Origin: Vicugna vicugna
Lineage: Eukaryota
Direction: 5' to 3'
DNA: 64,000 bases
Assembly (NCBI GenBank): GCA_013265495.1
Contig: MU057640.1
Coordinates: forward strand, 1,311,303 to 1,375,302
Positions 36,784 through 49,612 of this stretch are shown here, one piece after another. Under the pieces are notes generated by a model that was given only the letters and a program-made list of their open reading frames with translations, had not been told where the DNA came from and did no database searches. Every line of letters begins with the position of its first letter. Within the stretch, counting starts at the first letter, position 1. The translations under genes were made by a program, and so were the position numbers.

Positions 36784-36949
36784 CTTGAAGTTCTTCTGCG
36801 ATTCAGGAGTTGGGCTTTCAAGGTCGATGAGTTTCTTGAGCTCCTCCTCAATGGTGGACTTGGAGGTTGGCTTGGGGGACGCGCGGAGGTCCCTGGTTGA
36901 GGCCCGCAGCCTGGTGTGGGCTATTTCGTTGCCATCACTCTGATGACGT
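36784..36949 (-). CDS. SIPA1L1: SIPA1L1 coding exon G (166 nt, phase 2-0): [55 protein letters not shown]
   Basis: Acceptor cccttctttccag|A, donor AAG|gtacag. Confidence 0.95.
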
Positions 36950-37341
36950 CTGGAAAGAAGGGGAAGAGAGCGGAGAAGTTAAGTGGACAAGGGTGACTCA
37001 AGGGCATGATGGGCTCTGAAGGAAGTAAGTCAATGGAGAACGATTAAAGAAGAATTGCTTCTATTCAATTACACGAGAACCTGCTCGGATAAATGCTTGT
37101 CAGACAAACAGAACCAATTTGAAATACAAAATAAAAAGCCTGCTGAATAAATCGCTCTTTCACAGGAAGCTATTAACTCTGTAAGTCAAAATTAGCAACA
37201 GACTCATTAATAAAAGACCACAGGGTATGAATCCCAAATGCAATCTTTGTACAAACAAAAATGAAGTCATTGACTGAATATTTTTTTTTCTGCTGTACGA
37301 CTTTGTCAAAAAGTTCTTTGTGTTTGGAGGTAGTCACTTAC

Positions 37342-37404
37342 TTTCTGACAGTCCCTCTGGTGCCTCCTGGCCTAGTTAGGATTACGTGGGAAAGCTGTGA
37401 CAGA
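37342..37404 (-). CDS. SIPA1L1: Candidate 63-nt cassette exon, adds NLSQLSHVILTRPGGTRGTVR
   Basis: Acceptor cttgtccttttcatgcag|, donor AAA|gtaagt; phase 2-2, open. Confidence 0.5.
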
Positions 37405-37729
37405 CTGCATGAAAAGGACAAGTGTGGTCTTAGTACCCGAGGGGCGATGATTCTGAAGCTTGTTCTTCAGACACACTCTTTCCTAGGAGACTTAAGATTC
37501 TCAAACCCGAATGTTCTGCAATACATCTTACTTAAGGAATGCGGCAGAGAAATAATTTAAGACAAGTTTCACTTAAGGGAAAAAAATTAACATCTCCCTA
37601 CTAAACCAAGCCCTCTCTCCCCCTGCCCCTAGCCCGGCATCCTCTCTTGTAGGAAACTGCCCCAACCCGTTCTGTTCTCTGTCCTGTTATAAGCAAAGAA
37701 GCGAGCAGGAGAAGCCGAAGAATTCTTAC

Positions 37730-37954
37730 TTTCTTGTGTCCATAAACCCCACGGAGTTAATGGTTCCTTCGGGCTTCTTCCATCCGATCAGGTACTTGCT
37801 AGTAGCGCCCTGGCGAGGGTAGAAAGTCCTAGGACCGGAGGAGGAGGAAGAGGAGGAGGAGAAGGGAGGGGCGGCAGGATGAAGTTCTTCTTTGGGTGAA
37901 CTTCTGGCGCTGCTGAAGACAACCGGGCTGGCAGAGTGTCGGGAGCTCATGGTA
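37730..37954 (-). CDS. SIPA1L1: SIPA1L1 coding exon F (225 nt, phase 2-2): [14 protein letters not shown]...[24 protein letters not shown](K)
   Basis: Core of ORF 37726..38034; acceptor ctttcccccgcag|T, donor AAA|gtaaga. Confidence 0.95.
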
Positions 37955-38504
37955 CTGCGGGGGAAAGCGGGACAGAGACACAGCGATGCATGGCATGTGT
38001 GCACCCCGGGGCAGTCTGTCAGCCGTAAAAGCACCTGCCGGGACGGGGGTTATGACCAGGTTAAAGAACAATGAATATTTTATAAAATATTAATGGGGCT
38101 GGCTGGCCTTCCTTGCTTTCTCATTTTAATTTCAATGTCTGCTGTCAAAGTGAAAGATGGTGACTGGGGCTTATTCTGCACTCTTAAGTTGAAAAGTAAA
38201 AATAATTCATATGGTCAGGGACACTTTGAAATACGTGAACACCACTGAAGTTGGCTGCAGTGAAGTCTAGAAGAGGCAAGTGATGGGAGAAAGTCGGCAA
38301 TAAAAGGTCTAGCAATCTCAATGGCTGTCTGTCTTCCCATCCTCAGAACTAAGGGTCATGGTCAGGCCCGAGCTAAAGAGGGAAGGCAAGACCGGATAAG
38401 GCACAGAGCTCTCCACACACTCATGTCCAAGGCCAAAGGGGAACCTTGAGGTCTCCTTCCTCTTTACACCTGGCGCTAACTTTTACTTTCTAAAAAGCTG
38501 TTTA

Positions 38505-39320
38505 TCAGAATGAAACTGACCACTGTCTTACACTATACATAAAAGTTAGCTTGTAATGGGTTAAAGACTTGAATGCAAGACCCAGAAGAAAACATAGGGG
38601 GTAAGCCCCTTGACACTGGTCCTGGCAGTGATTTCTTGGATTTGCCACCAAAAGCAAAGGCAACAAAAGGAGAAATAAACAAGTGGGACAACAGCAAACC
38701 AAAAAGCTTCTGTGCAGCAGAGGAAACCATCAACCAAATGAAAAGGCAACCTACTGAACAGGAGGGAAGTATGTGCAAATCACACATCTGACAAGGGGTT
38801 AATAGCCAAAACAGATAAAGAACTCATACAACTCAGTAATAAAAAAAGCAAACAATCCAAAGGAAAAAATAGGTAGAAAATTTGAATAGACATTTTTCCA
38901 AAGAAGACATACAGATGGCCAACAGGTATATGAAAAGATGCTCAATATCACTAATCATCAAGGAAATGCAAATCAAAACCACAATGAGATATCACCTCAC
39001 ACCTGTTAGAATGGCTGTTAGCCAAAAGATAAGAAATAACTAAGAGCAAAGATGTGGGAAAAAGGAACCCTTGTGCACCGTTGTTAGGAATGTAAATTGG
39101 TATATACACTATTGAAAACAGTATGGAGGCTCCTCAAAAAATTAAAAAGCCAAACTCTAGATACAGAGAACAGACTGGTGATTGCCAGAGGTAGAGGCTG
39201 GAGGGTGGGTGAAATGGCTGAAGAGGGTTCAAAAGGTACAAACTCCCGGTTACAAGATAAATAAATCCTGGGGTTGTAATGTTAGGCATGGTGACTAAAA
39301 ATAAAAAACTGTTCATCATG
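38505..39320 (+). mobile_element. L1 3' fragment (ORF2 C-terminus joined to 3'UTR by an internal deletion near 39145)
   Basis: aaatgcaaatcaaaaccacaatgagatatcacctcacacctg; then jumps to gatacagagaacagactggtgattgcc. Confidence 0.85.
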
Positions 39321-39669
39321 TGTGTTTCACATCTGGTTAGAAATTATGAAACTAAAGTCCTGTAGGACTCAAGGAGATTACTTCATTATACTTTTAAAAC
39401 TCAGGCCAAATTTTCAAAACTAGAGATGAGAGTCTAAGTTGACTACAAACCTGGAGGTCCTTTACCTGCAGGATTTCCAGACTTCCTTCCCAGTGACCTC
39501 ACGGAAATGACGTGCACACCACTTGAGCCCTGCTAAGATGTCCAGCTTAGTCTGACACCAAAGACAGGTCACTACAGTGGACTTTTTTTTACTGAAGGTT
39601 TAGTTAACAAGATACGGTCTCAAAGTATTCTTCAACAGCACTTCCATTTGTTAAAAACTAATGGTCCTG

Positions 39670-41060
39670 ATCTGAATGAAGTACGGGCTTTAGTTAATAC
39701 GAATGCATCAAAATCGAGGTCTTAGCTACGGCAAATGTGTTACAGTAACATAAGATGATGAGGACGGGAAAATGATTAAGAGGCACATGGGAACTCTGTA
39801 CTATCACCGCAACTTTTCTGAAAATCAAAATCTATTTTAAAAGAAAAAAGGGTGTTATAAAAAGAAATAAGCAAAAACCAAAATACAACAAAAAACAAAA
39901 CCCTAATGGTCCAGATATCTATAGATATCTGTATATACACACATAAGAAAATGAACCTCGAACTCCACCTCAAACTTTACGTAAAAACCAATTCCAGCTC
40001 GATTGTGTATTTAAATGTAGATCTAAAGATTCCAGACTGTAACATGAAAGAACATCTTTATGATAGAGACAGAGGTTTCTTTAATTGGATCATAAAGGAA
40101 ATGATTGGACCCCATTAAAATTAAGAACTACTATTCATCAAAAGACACAGAGAAGGAGAATATATGTAAAATACCTATACAACAATGGGCTCCTATCCAG
40201 AATATAAATCTAACTCCTAAAAAATCAAGACAACCCTATAGAAAAATGGGCAAAGATCCAAAAAGGAATCTCGTAAAAGAGGGTGTCTAAACACCATTAA
40301 ACATTGGTGCTCAACATCATCCATTATCAGGAAAATCCTAATTAAAGTCACAAAGAGGGACCACGACACACCCACCAGAATGGCTAAAATTAAAAAGACT
40401 CACAATATCAAGTGTTAGAAAGGATGTGAAGCAACTGGAACTCTCACACACTGCTGGTGGGAGTGTTAACTTGTTACACCCACTTTGGCAAACTGGCTCA
40501 TGGTCTCTGCTAACGCTGAATATATGTAAATCCTACGATAGCAGTTTCCCTCCTAGGTAAATACTGGAAAGAAGCGTATCCATGTGTGTACCAGAGGACA
40601 TGTACAACAGTCTGTAACATCCCCAAACTGGAAATACTCCGAATGCTCATCAGCAGTAGAACGGATAAATGAATTGTGGTGTGTTCTCACAATGTAAGTA
40701 TAGTATAGCAATGAAGATAAACCAAGGCTGCTTGCAACACATGGATGAATGTCATGACATAATGCTGACTTAAAGACACCAGACACAGAATAGTATCAAT
40801 GGGATGAATCCATTTATACAAAGTCCCCAGATAGGCAAAATGGGTGTATGACATCAGGATTCAGGATCTGTTCCTTTGGGGAGGAACGGGGGTGACTGGG
40901 GAAGGAATGTGGGAGAGAGGGAGCCTGGATGCTGGTGAAGAGGCAGCTCTTGATCTGGGGAGCGATGACACGGGGATGCTCACTTTGTGAAAATCCATTC
41001 TGACGTATACTTATGACCTGTGCCTATTTCTGGATGCATGTTATACTTGGATGAAAACCC
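39670..41060 (+). mobile_element. Ancient L1MC/L1ME 3' fragments
   Basis: gggaactctgtactatc..gcaacttttctg; gaagcaactggaactctcacacactgctggtgggagtg; cactttgtgaaatccattc. Confidence 0.75.
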
Positions 41061-42084
41061 AGCCACAAAAACAAAGCAAACAGAGATGACCTGAAAGGGG
41101 AAGGCCTTAGTCACTCCATGAGGCTGTGCAGCAGATTGGAGAGTGCGCGACAAAGTGTCAGGGGAGGACAAGGACACAGGGTAGAGGCCACCTCGAGGGT
41201 TTTCCACACGAACTGGGCCCTAATGCTTCCGATTAAATATAACCATCTCCTTTATTTCCGTAACTAAGAAGGAGGAACGAGGTTCAAACTTAACAAAAAA
41301 TACAATTTGAAAAATGACTAACCACACCGTAATCCCAATCCCTCCAACCATTTTCCCCCCGAAGATTTTTCTGTCAAGAGAGAAAGGGGAAAGGCCTCTC
41401 ACAAAACCTCAAAGGGCAGCATAACTTGAAAAGGACTGCAGTCTCATTTAGTTTTCACCTTTCAATAACAGATAGCCTACTTGTTTGCTTTTAAAACGAA
41501 GACAAGGGGACGTAAAACTTTTCCTTAAGTGTAGTACGTTAAATCAGTAAGAACAAAATGACAGCAGGTCTCTGTTACGGAAGAGAGATTACAAGAGGAC
41601 AGGTGAACCAGAAGAAAGAGGAAGGGGCAGGGATGGAGGGGCTGGGAGGAAAGACGCATGCAGATCGAGGCAGACAAGCTCACAGACAGTAGCACCTGAG
41701 ACCCAGTTTAACAGCAAATGCACTGTTGGTGCATTTGTTGGTGCATAACACAGGGAGCATCAACCCAGAGAGGTTTCTGAAGTCAGTGCAGCCCTTGGGA
41801 AACTCGGAAGCAACATGACAGGCTTGCAGCTGTTGGTGAGTTACTTAGCGACAAGATCTAATCTTTGATTTGCAGATTTTTTTTCACCGGACTATTCCTA
41901 CTCCATACACATTTACAACACAGATGTGGAGATGTCTCAAGCAGATTCTAACAAAGTGCAAAATTGTGCATTAGGGTCTAACATACTCATGTCTCATCTT
42001 GGATGGTATAACGTGCTTGCTTCACCAGCCCTGACTGGCATCCTCTAGTGAGTTGAGAGTGTCTGAATGACTAGAGCCATTCTC

Positions 42085-42240
42085 CTGCTTGAGCATCTTA
42101 AGATACAGACTGCAGGGCCTCGCCCCAGAGATTCTGGGTCGGAAGCTTGGGTGGGATGGGGAAGACCTGAGAACTAGCACTTCTAACTTGTTCCCAGATG
42201 ATGCCGTAGCCCTGACCCAGGCCCTGGAGGAACACTGGAT
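42085..42240. mobile_element. MER5-type fragment
   Basis: gatacagactgcagggcctcgccccagagattctg...ttctaacttgttcccagatgatgc. Confidence 0.6.
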
Positions 42241-42594
42241 TGCCCATGTCTTACATTTCTCAGCAACAGGTATCTTGATGTGGTAACATCGATATTCAAA
42301 ACCCTGGGGCTTTCAAAGACTAAGTGCTTGATCAAAAGAGAATTAATTAGCCACGAGAAAAGAAAGTACATTTGCACAGTCTGTTAATTTACAAATCATT
42401 CCTTCATGTTTTACAGAATAGCTATGCCGCTTTTAGCCGCAGTGTTATGTACTGCATAAAAGGGAAAGCTCCTTACAAACGCCCGGGGGGGGGGGTAGGG
42501 AGAAAGATATACAGCATACACAGCTTTTGGAGCTCATCTTCCCATATAAATTTAATTGCAACCATTATTTCCCTGAAAGGCATTTAATAAGTTT

Positions 42595-42895
42595 TTGTAA
42601 ACTCTTTGATGGCAGGGATTTATCTTTGTGTATCTCACAATGTCAGCATACACTGGACTCCCAGTAAACTATTTGTTGAATAGAGGGATTTTCCTTAGGA
42701 TTTACGTAGCACACTATATATATTTAATTTTTTTTCCTTGTTCATAATATGTCTCTCTCCCCCTGTTTAAAGACATGCTCCATAAGGGCTAAAATTTTTG
42801 TCTGTTTTGTTAAATCACTATATTCTCCCTGCCTAGAACAGTCCCTGGCCATTGTAAGCACTTAATATTTGATGGAAGAAACTGCCAAATAAATG
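42595..42895 (+). mobile_element. Two L2 3' ends in tandem
   Basis: gtaaactctttgatggcaggg...atttgttgaat and ctccataagggc...gcctagaacagtccctggc...taatatttg. Confidence 0.7.
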
Positions 42896-42909
42896 ATAAA
42901 TTAGCCATC

Positions 42910-42910
<1 letters not shown>

Positions 42911-42974
<64 letters not shown>
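42911..42974. repeat. (TTTC)16 microsatellite
   Basis: Perfect tetranucleotide array. Confidence 0.98.
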
Positions 42975-42976
<2 letters not shown>

Positions 42977-43004
42977 TATTTAAATAAACTTGACTTATAG
43001 TGCT

Positions 43005-44340
43005 TTCTTTTTTTTTAATTGAAATATAATTGATTTACAATGTTGTGTTAGTTTCTGATACACAGCAAAGTGATTCAGTCATACACATATATATGTATTC
43101 TTTTTCAGATTCTTTTCCATTATGGGTTATTACAAGATGCTGAATGTAGTTCTTTGGGCTATACAGTAGGACCTTGTTGTTTATCTCTTTTATATATAGT
43201 AGTTAATATCTGCAAACCCCAAGCTTCTAATTTATCCCTCCCCAACCTTGATAACCATGTTTCTTTACTGTAAATTAATTTCCACTTTATAAATAGTTCA
43301 TTTGTATCATTTGTTTTAGATTCCATATATAACGGGTATATTTGTCTTTCTCTGTCTGACTTACTTCGCTAAGTATGATAATCTCTAGGCCCATCCATGT
43401 TGCTGAAATGGCAATATTTCATTCTTCTTTTGTGGCTCAGTAATCCACTATATATATATAAAGCACATCTTCTTTACCCATTTATCTGTTGATGGACTTG
43501 AGGTTGCTTCCATGTCTTGGCTATTGTAAATAGTGCTGCTATGAACACTGGGGTGCATGTATCTTTCCAAATTAAGAGTTTTCATTCTTTCTGTATGTGC
43601 CCAGGAGTGGAATTGCTAGATCATATGGGAAGTCTATTTTCAGCTTTTGAAGGAAACTTCATTCTATTCTCCATAGTGGCTGCACCAAACTACATTCCCA
43701 CCAACAGTGTAGGATGCAGCAACATGGATGGACCTAGAAATTGTCATTCTAAGTGAAGTAAGCCAGAAAGAGAAGAAAAATACCATGTGATATCACTCAT
43801 ATGTGGAATCTTAAAAAAAAAAGAGGGAAAAAAAGGACACTATGAACTCATTTACAAAACAGAAACAGACTTGTAGACACAGTAAACAATTTTACGATTA
43901 CCAGGGAAAGAGGGTGGGGACGGATAAATTTAGGAGTTTGAGATTTATAAATGTTAGTCACTATACACATAAAAATAGATTTTAAAAAAGTTTATGCTAT
44001 ATAGCACAGGGAACTGTGTTCAATATCTTGTAGTAACCTTTAATAAAAAAGAATATGAAAACAAATATATGTATGTATATGTATGACCGAGACATTGTGC
44101 TGTACACCAGAAACTGACACATTGTAACTGATGGTACTTCAATTAAAAAGCAACCCCCCCCCAAAAAAAACCCTACCAATGTAAGAGGGTTCCCTTTTCT
44201 GCACACCCTCTCCACCATTTATCACTGGTGGACTTTTTAACGATGGCCATTCTCACTGGTATGAGGTGATACCTCATTGTAGTTTTGATTTGCATTTCTC
44301 TAAAAGTTAGTGATACTCAGCATCTTTCCATGTGCCTGCT
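43005..44340 (-). mobile_element. L1 3' fragment (sense to SIPA1L1), interrupted by an opposite-strand L1 3' end at 43715-44170
   Basis: cttggctattgtaaatagtgctgctatgaacac...cattcccaccaacagtgtagga | insert | gtaagagggttcccttttct...tgcatttctc. Confidence 0.88.
43715..44170 (+). mobile_element. L1 3' end (cetartiodactyl/camelid-type 3'UTR) nested in the previous L1
   Basis: gcagcaacatggatggacctagaaattgtc...cattgtaactgatggtacttcaattaaaaa; degenerate TSD cccaccaacagtgtagga / ccctaccaatgtaaga. Confidence 0.85.
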
Positions 44341-46959
44341 CAGCGTCCACTTTAAATGTAAGGGAGAGTTATACCCAAAGTTACTGTATTTTACTCATAT
44401 TCTTTAAAACTGGATATTGCTTTATTTTTATTGCAAGAAATAATGAAATCTGCAGAGTATGCTTCTGTTTACAAGTGTATTCTCAAAAAGATAACTGCTT
44501 AATTATCCATAGACCCTGATTATTGGTTTTTATCTGTGAACAGGATGGCTGACACAAGATCCCAGGTGTGACCTGCCAGCACACTTTTGTTCACTAATGG
44601 TTATAGTCAAGTACAGCCCTACTTAACAACTGATTAGATTTGGGAACAACAGTAAAATCGGAAACAAATGCACAATTCATTGGTAGTTCTTCCTACTTTA
44701 ATGTGTACAATTCACAGCATGAAGTAAGGTGGGCACTTCAGTACACATGGCCTCTGGTTCGGTAGGGACATGACGATCACCTGGGAGCTTTAAAAATATA
44801 CTTTCTTGGGTTCTAATCCCAGAGATTTCAATTTAAGAGAGTTGGGGTGGTGCCTGGGTCGTGTATTTTGGCAAAATCTCTCCCAAGTGTGCACACGCAC
44901 TGAAGACCGCTTGAATCCAGCTGAATTATCATATCGTGATGACTTCGTGAAAACCCAGCTTCACACAGTCAAGATCAAGAAGGGGAAGGCATCCCAGCAG
45001 TGTTTCTCCAGCCACGGGCTTTGGCCTCTACAAGTGCTCATGTAAATGATGATTCCTTGGCTTCCATCCCATTTCCAAGAACCCCAGAAACGTGTATGTT
45101 AACAACCCCCCAAAGATTTTCAGGTTCCCTAGAGTTTAAAAACCGCTGCATGAGTCCCTCAACACTTCCTCCACCACAGTGGGTTGTCTCCCTCCATTAG
45201 GAGCCCCTCCCCAGGCCCAGCTATGGGGTGTGTGTGTGAGGGGGTCCTTGAAGGTGACCAGTCCTGCTGGCCTGGAACCATGCGGAGAGAACGACACCCA
45301 CACATTTCCCCTAAGAATCTCTGAAGTGGCTTTAATTACAGAACAACTGAAATGAAGTTGTCTGCTTCATACTTTTCAAGGGGAGCGGGGTAACTGAGCC
45401 ATTTTTCATTTTCCTGGAGATTTCACATTAACTCACTAGGCTGCAATTCAGTTTTAGCCCTGGCAAACTAGATCTCTCCCCAGGAGCTGAGCAAGAAGGT
45501 AAGGAGCCAATGATATGGAAACAAAAAGAGAAGAGTGATGGATACGTAGGAAGTGACAAGGGCAGTGTCTGTCTGAAAAGCGGGTTTAGCTGTGAGCATG
45601 GCTAAGCTGGAACCACTAAGGACTTAGGCCGATGTTCCTGGATTCCTCACAAAGAGACCCTAGCTTTATTTCTTATATGAAGTTTAGGGCATTACCCCTT
45701 TCCAAACAAATGGACCAATCTCTGATTCGTTTGGTCCAGGACATGAATTTTGAAAGGAAGAGAGGACACATGCACATATGCATGAAGCCTCATGGAAAAA
45801 GAGGAGAAGAGGCAACAGGGCATCTGTTGATGAGAATTGAGACAGTCTGAATCTGTCCAAACTTCTTATCCTAACTTGTGGCTCAAACAAAACTGTGAGC
45901 CAAACACACTGCAACCTGGTTATTTCACATTCCTGGCTGTGGTACAGCTTTATAGGAGAGGACGCGAGATGGCCAGCCTCCAAAAGGAGCTTTGGTCACA
46001 GCAGGTGCCCCTTCACAGAGGAGGGTTTGCATCTGCTTGTCGACCTTGGAAAGGAATGAGCCCCACAGGACAGGGCAGCCTGAATGTGAGGGGTCAAAGC
46101 CCCAAGTGCCGAACCTATGAGGGCCTGGCAAACTTCTGCAATTTCTGCTTCATCAACGAGGCCACCACCTCCTCCGGCTGCCGAGAGGTGCCGAAGGGAA
46201 CACTTGGAGCCACCTGCTGCTGGGCCTGACACCGAGGGATGGATTTTAGACAGACTGGGCCTCTAAGGATGGTATTTTCAGGAGGGGGAGAAAAGTTACA
46301 CAAAGGCTGAATGCTGGCCCGATACCAAGGGAAGGGGAGCTGATGGGGTTTCTGTGATTACTTGTGCAGATAACAAGTAAGTCTCTGGGTGACAGACAAT
46401 GTGGAGGGTGATGATTAGGGAGGGCTCCTCCCACTGGGTTCAGCTCTGGCCAATTCTGTCCAATACTGGCTCTACAATTTAGGAGGCCTTCCGAAGACAC
46501 CAATTCTAAAGGACTAGGGGAAAAAGCAGCGAGGTGGGAATGATTAAGCTGGCAAAGGGGATGCCCAAGTGACTGCAGTAAAGAAAACTGTTCATTACTA
46601 ACAGGGAGATATACTTAAGGGCACACAGGGAAATGAGTGGCTCGGCCTGCAGAGCAGAAGGGACCTCAGGGGTCACTGCGGATCTCAGGCTGAATAAGTG
46701 CAATGCTGAGCTAGTTACTGGGGAGCGAACAAGATAACTATGGATATGATCATTTTATTAAGCATAGCCAAGGAGAGTGTCATGGCCAGATGTGGCATCT
46801 AAGAAAGGATAAAGAACACAAAACAGGAAACTTGAGAAGCAAAGTTTCTTGGGAGATACATGTTTCCTGAAGGAAAAGTAACTGGTAACTACACTAAGTG
46901 ATGGAGAGCTTAACAAAGGAAGTGACAGCAAACCTTCTGTCTTAAAAGGACATTTGCCA

Positions 46960-47155
46960 TGCATTTGATAACCTTTTTAAATTCTCAACACACCTATGAA
47001 AATAACCACTTAGTAAGGGCACTAGGTATTATTAGGTTACAGATAAGGGACAAGCTCACTGAAACGGCGGGACTGGCCGAAGGCCACATGGCTGGCTGGT
47101 CAGCGGTAGAACTGAGACTTGAACCTAGATCTCAGGATCCAAATCTACTTTCCTA
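46960..47155 (-). mobile_element. MIR SINE
   Basis: ttaaattctcaacacacctatga...ttacagataaggg...aaggccacatggct...gagacttgaacctagatct. Confidence 0.65.
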
Positions 47156-48612
47156 CACTTCCCTCTCGACTTGCCTGGAGGTGCAGGGCTCTGACCATAT
47201 ATACTTTGAAATTGTTTTCAAATCTCCTCTTGTTGGTATCTACAAATTTCATAATCTTAGTCTTCAAAAAATCTTCTTAGTCTTTAGAAAAGACTCAGCT
47301 CAGAAAAATCATTTGCTCTCAATTATAGATTTAAGCTGCAGCTAGAGGAATTTCAGATAGGTGGATACAGGATCAAATTTTGAAGAGGGAGGGGACTAAA
47401 GTACTGAAATTACTCGAAAAGATTATGGAATCTTTTAGAAATTCTTCTTTCTTTTCTTTTAGCAATTGGGTAATTTCTCATCCTAGTAGTATAGCCAGAT
47501 GGTTTTAAATAGAAGTAGGAATAGATACTCTGTCCTTGCAGAATTCCTGCTGGTCTTCTGATGTAATGACACTTAGAGAATTTGGGCTTTCCCTATCGAC
47601 TGGATGAATGCGTTAGTTGCTGCACAGAACAAAGTCCTGATAAACTGTTGGTGAGCTCTGCAATCAAGAAAGCTGACCTCTGTGGCTGGACAGAGCTCAC
47701 TCTCTCAATGTTAAAACTTCAACCATAGTGGCTCTATTTTTCGGTCATTAAGGTTAGTTGAACATCCCCAAAGCTCTGGGTGAAATAATCACCCAATTCC
47801 ATAAGCTGGAAGAAATGGAAATGGAACAAGACAGCTTAGGCCAGATCACCTAGAGTTCTGATGGATAAAAGCAAAATAAAATAGAACCCTGAATGGTCAC
47901 TGGGCACAGGACCACAAAGCGAAAACCACCGATAAAAGCGATTCATAAACATGTGATCCGTAGAGCCAAACACATGTTGGAGAGAAGTCCTGGGTAATTT
48001 TAGAGGCTTCACTTTAAAGTCAGAATTAGTCCATAAAATTTAGAAAAAGAACAGCCTCGTCCTAAGGAAAAAATGTAGAAGAGAGGCAATGAGTTGTTAG
48101 TAATCTAAAAGGATTCCAGGCAGAAGAGATTTAACACAGAAACATTACAGATAATGAAAACGGAATGGTTTGTAATCAAAAAAGGCAGGCGTATTTCTCA
48201 CCTCGGGTGCCAAAGAGGACAAAGAACAAAATTTATAACTCACAAGCGCCAATATTCATCCAGATCACACACACAGAGAGAGCCCGGTCTGCTGGAGGAG
48301 CCGAGGCATTCCTTAATGTTCAGTGTACGCCTAAAGTAACAAGGCCTTCTTACCCTGACTCCCAAGAAACACACAGCGTTTCTGGCATGGGTAGCTAACC
48401 TATGAGGCTAATCAGGAAAAGCACATTCAAGAATTTGAGCTTCACGAACAGCCGGGCAGGCTTTTTTGGCCCTTAATCACCCCATCTAGTGACCCCAGAC
48501 CCTGACCAATATATGCAGATATTGATTGATATTTGCATATAAGTTGTTATAAAGGCCCTCCTGGTTATATATTGCAGGCTGAATAAAAAAACTTGTACAG
48601 AAGTGACTTTAC

Positions 48613-48654
48613 CAAAAATTCACAAGGACTTTATGCAGACTCTTATGATAACGC
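48613..48654 (-). CDS. SIPA1L1: Candidate 42-nt cassette exon, ...HA-RRYHKSLHKVLVNFC-TMSS
   Basis: Acceptor gagtgcttttatttatag|, donor TTG|gtaaag; phase 2-2, open; UGCAUG at 48716-48721. Confidence 0.45.
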
Positions 48655-49279
48655 CTATAAATAAAAGCACTCGACCTCTGTGCAAATATTGACAATTCTA
48701 TACAACAGGCTTTGACATGCAGCAGGGGTTTTCTAGAGGAGTCAGGAGTTGAGGATGTAGGCTATTTTCAAACTGGTTTATTAGTAGGGGCCTTGAGTCA
48801 CCTGGCAAAAAGTGGGAACTTTTAAGGAAGAAGTTATTCTTATTTGTTCACCAAACTGGACTGAGCGCCTACAATGCTGGTGGACCGAGCACCTATCCGT
48901 TGCACTTGGTGGTGCGTACGATGCAAAGGTACTTCGGATGAGCACACGGGATGCGAAATCCTCTTGGATTGGAGGGCAGTAAAAATGTACATGGGTCACA
49001 TAAGTGGGGGCTAATAGGCAGCAGGGCTCTGAAGGGGCCTCCTGGAAGTAAGAGGCAGCGGCAGTACGGGGGGCTAGTGAGAGTGGGTGCAGACGCAGGA
49101 CACCTGAACAGGTCAGACAGGTCACGTTAGGATGTTACAGAGGAGATGTGCGTGTGCAAGCGCCAGGTGGGGTTTTTAGCTTTATCATCTGTGGTCTTAA
49201 ATCTAGTTCTGATGTCAGCAATGGCCACTAGTCAGTAGGACTAGAGCTCTGTATACTAAGGAAGTCTTTGGTCAGCACA

Positions 49280-49612
49280 CCAGAAAGGAAAGAAAAAATG
49301 CCATATGACATCGCTTACATGTGGAATCTAAAAAAAAAAAAAAAGACACAAACTTATCTACAAAACAGGAGCAGACTCACAGACATAGAGAACAAACTTA
49401 TGGTTACCAGGGGTTAAAGGGGGTAAGAAGGCAGATAAATTGGGAATTTGAAAACTAGACCTCTTGGAGAGTGACGGAAATGTTAGCTATCTTGATTGTG
49501 GTGGTGGTTTCATGGGTGTATATATACCAGTGAAATTCACCAAAGTGTACACGTGACATATGTGTAGTTTACTGTAAAGGAGCCATACCACAATAAATAT
49601 GTGTTGAAAAAG
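49280..49612 (+). mobile_element. Short L1 3' fragments (camelid-type, then L1ME-type)
   Basis: atgtggaatctaaaaaaa...gactcacagacatagagaacaaacttatggttacc; then gacggaaatgttagctatcttgattgtggtggtgg. Confidence 0.75.
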
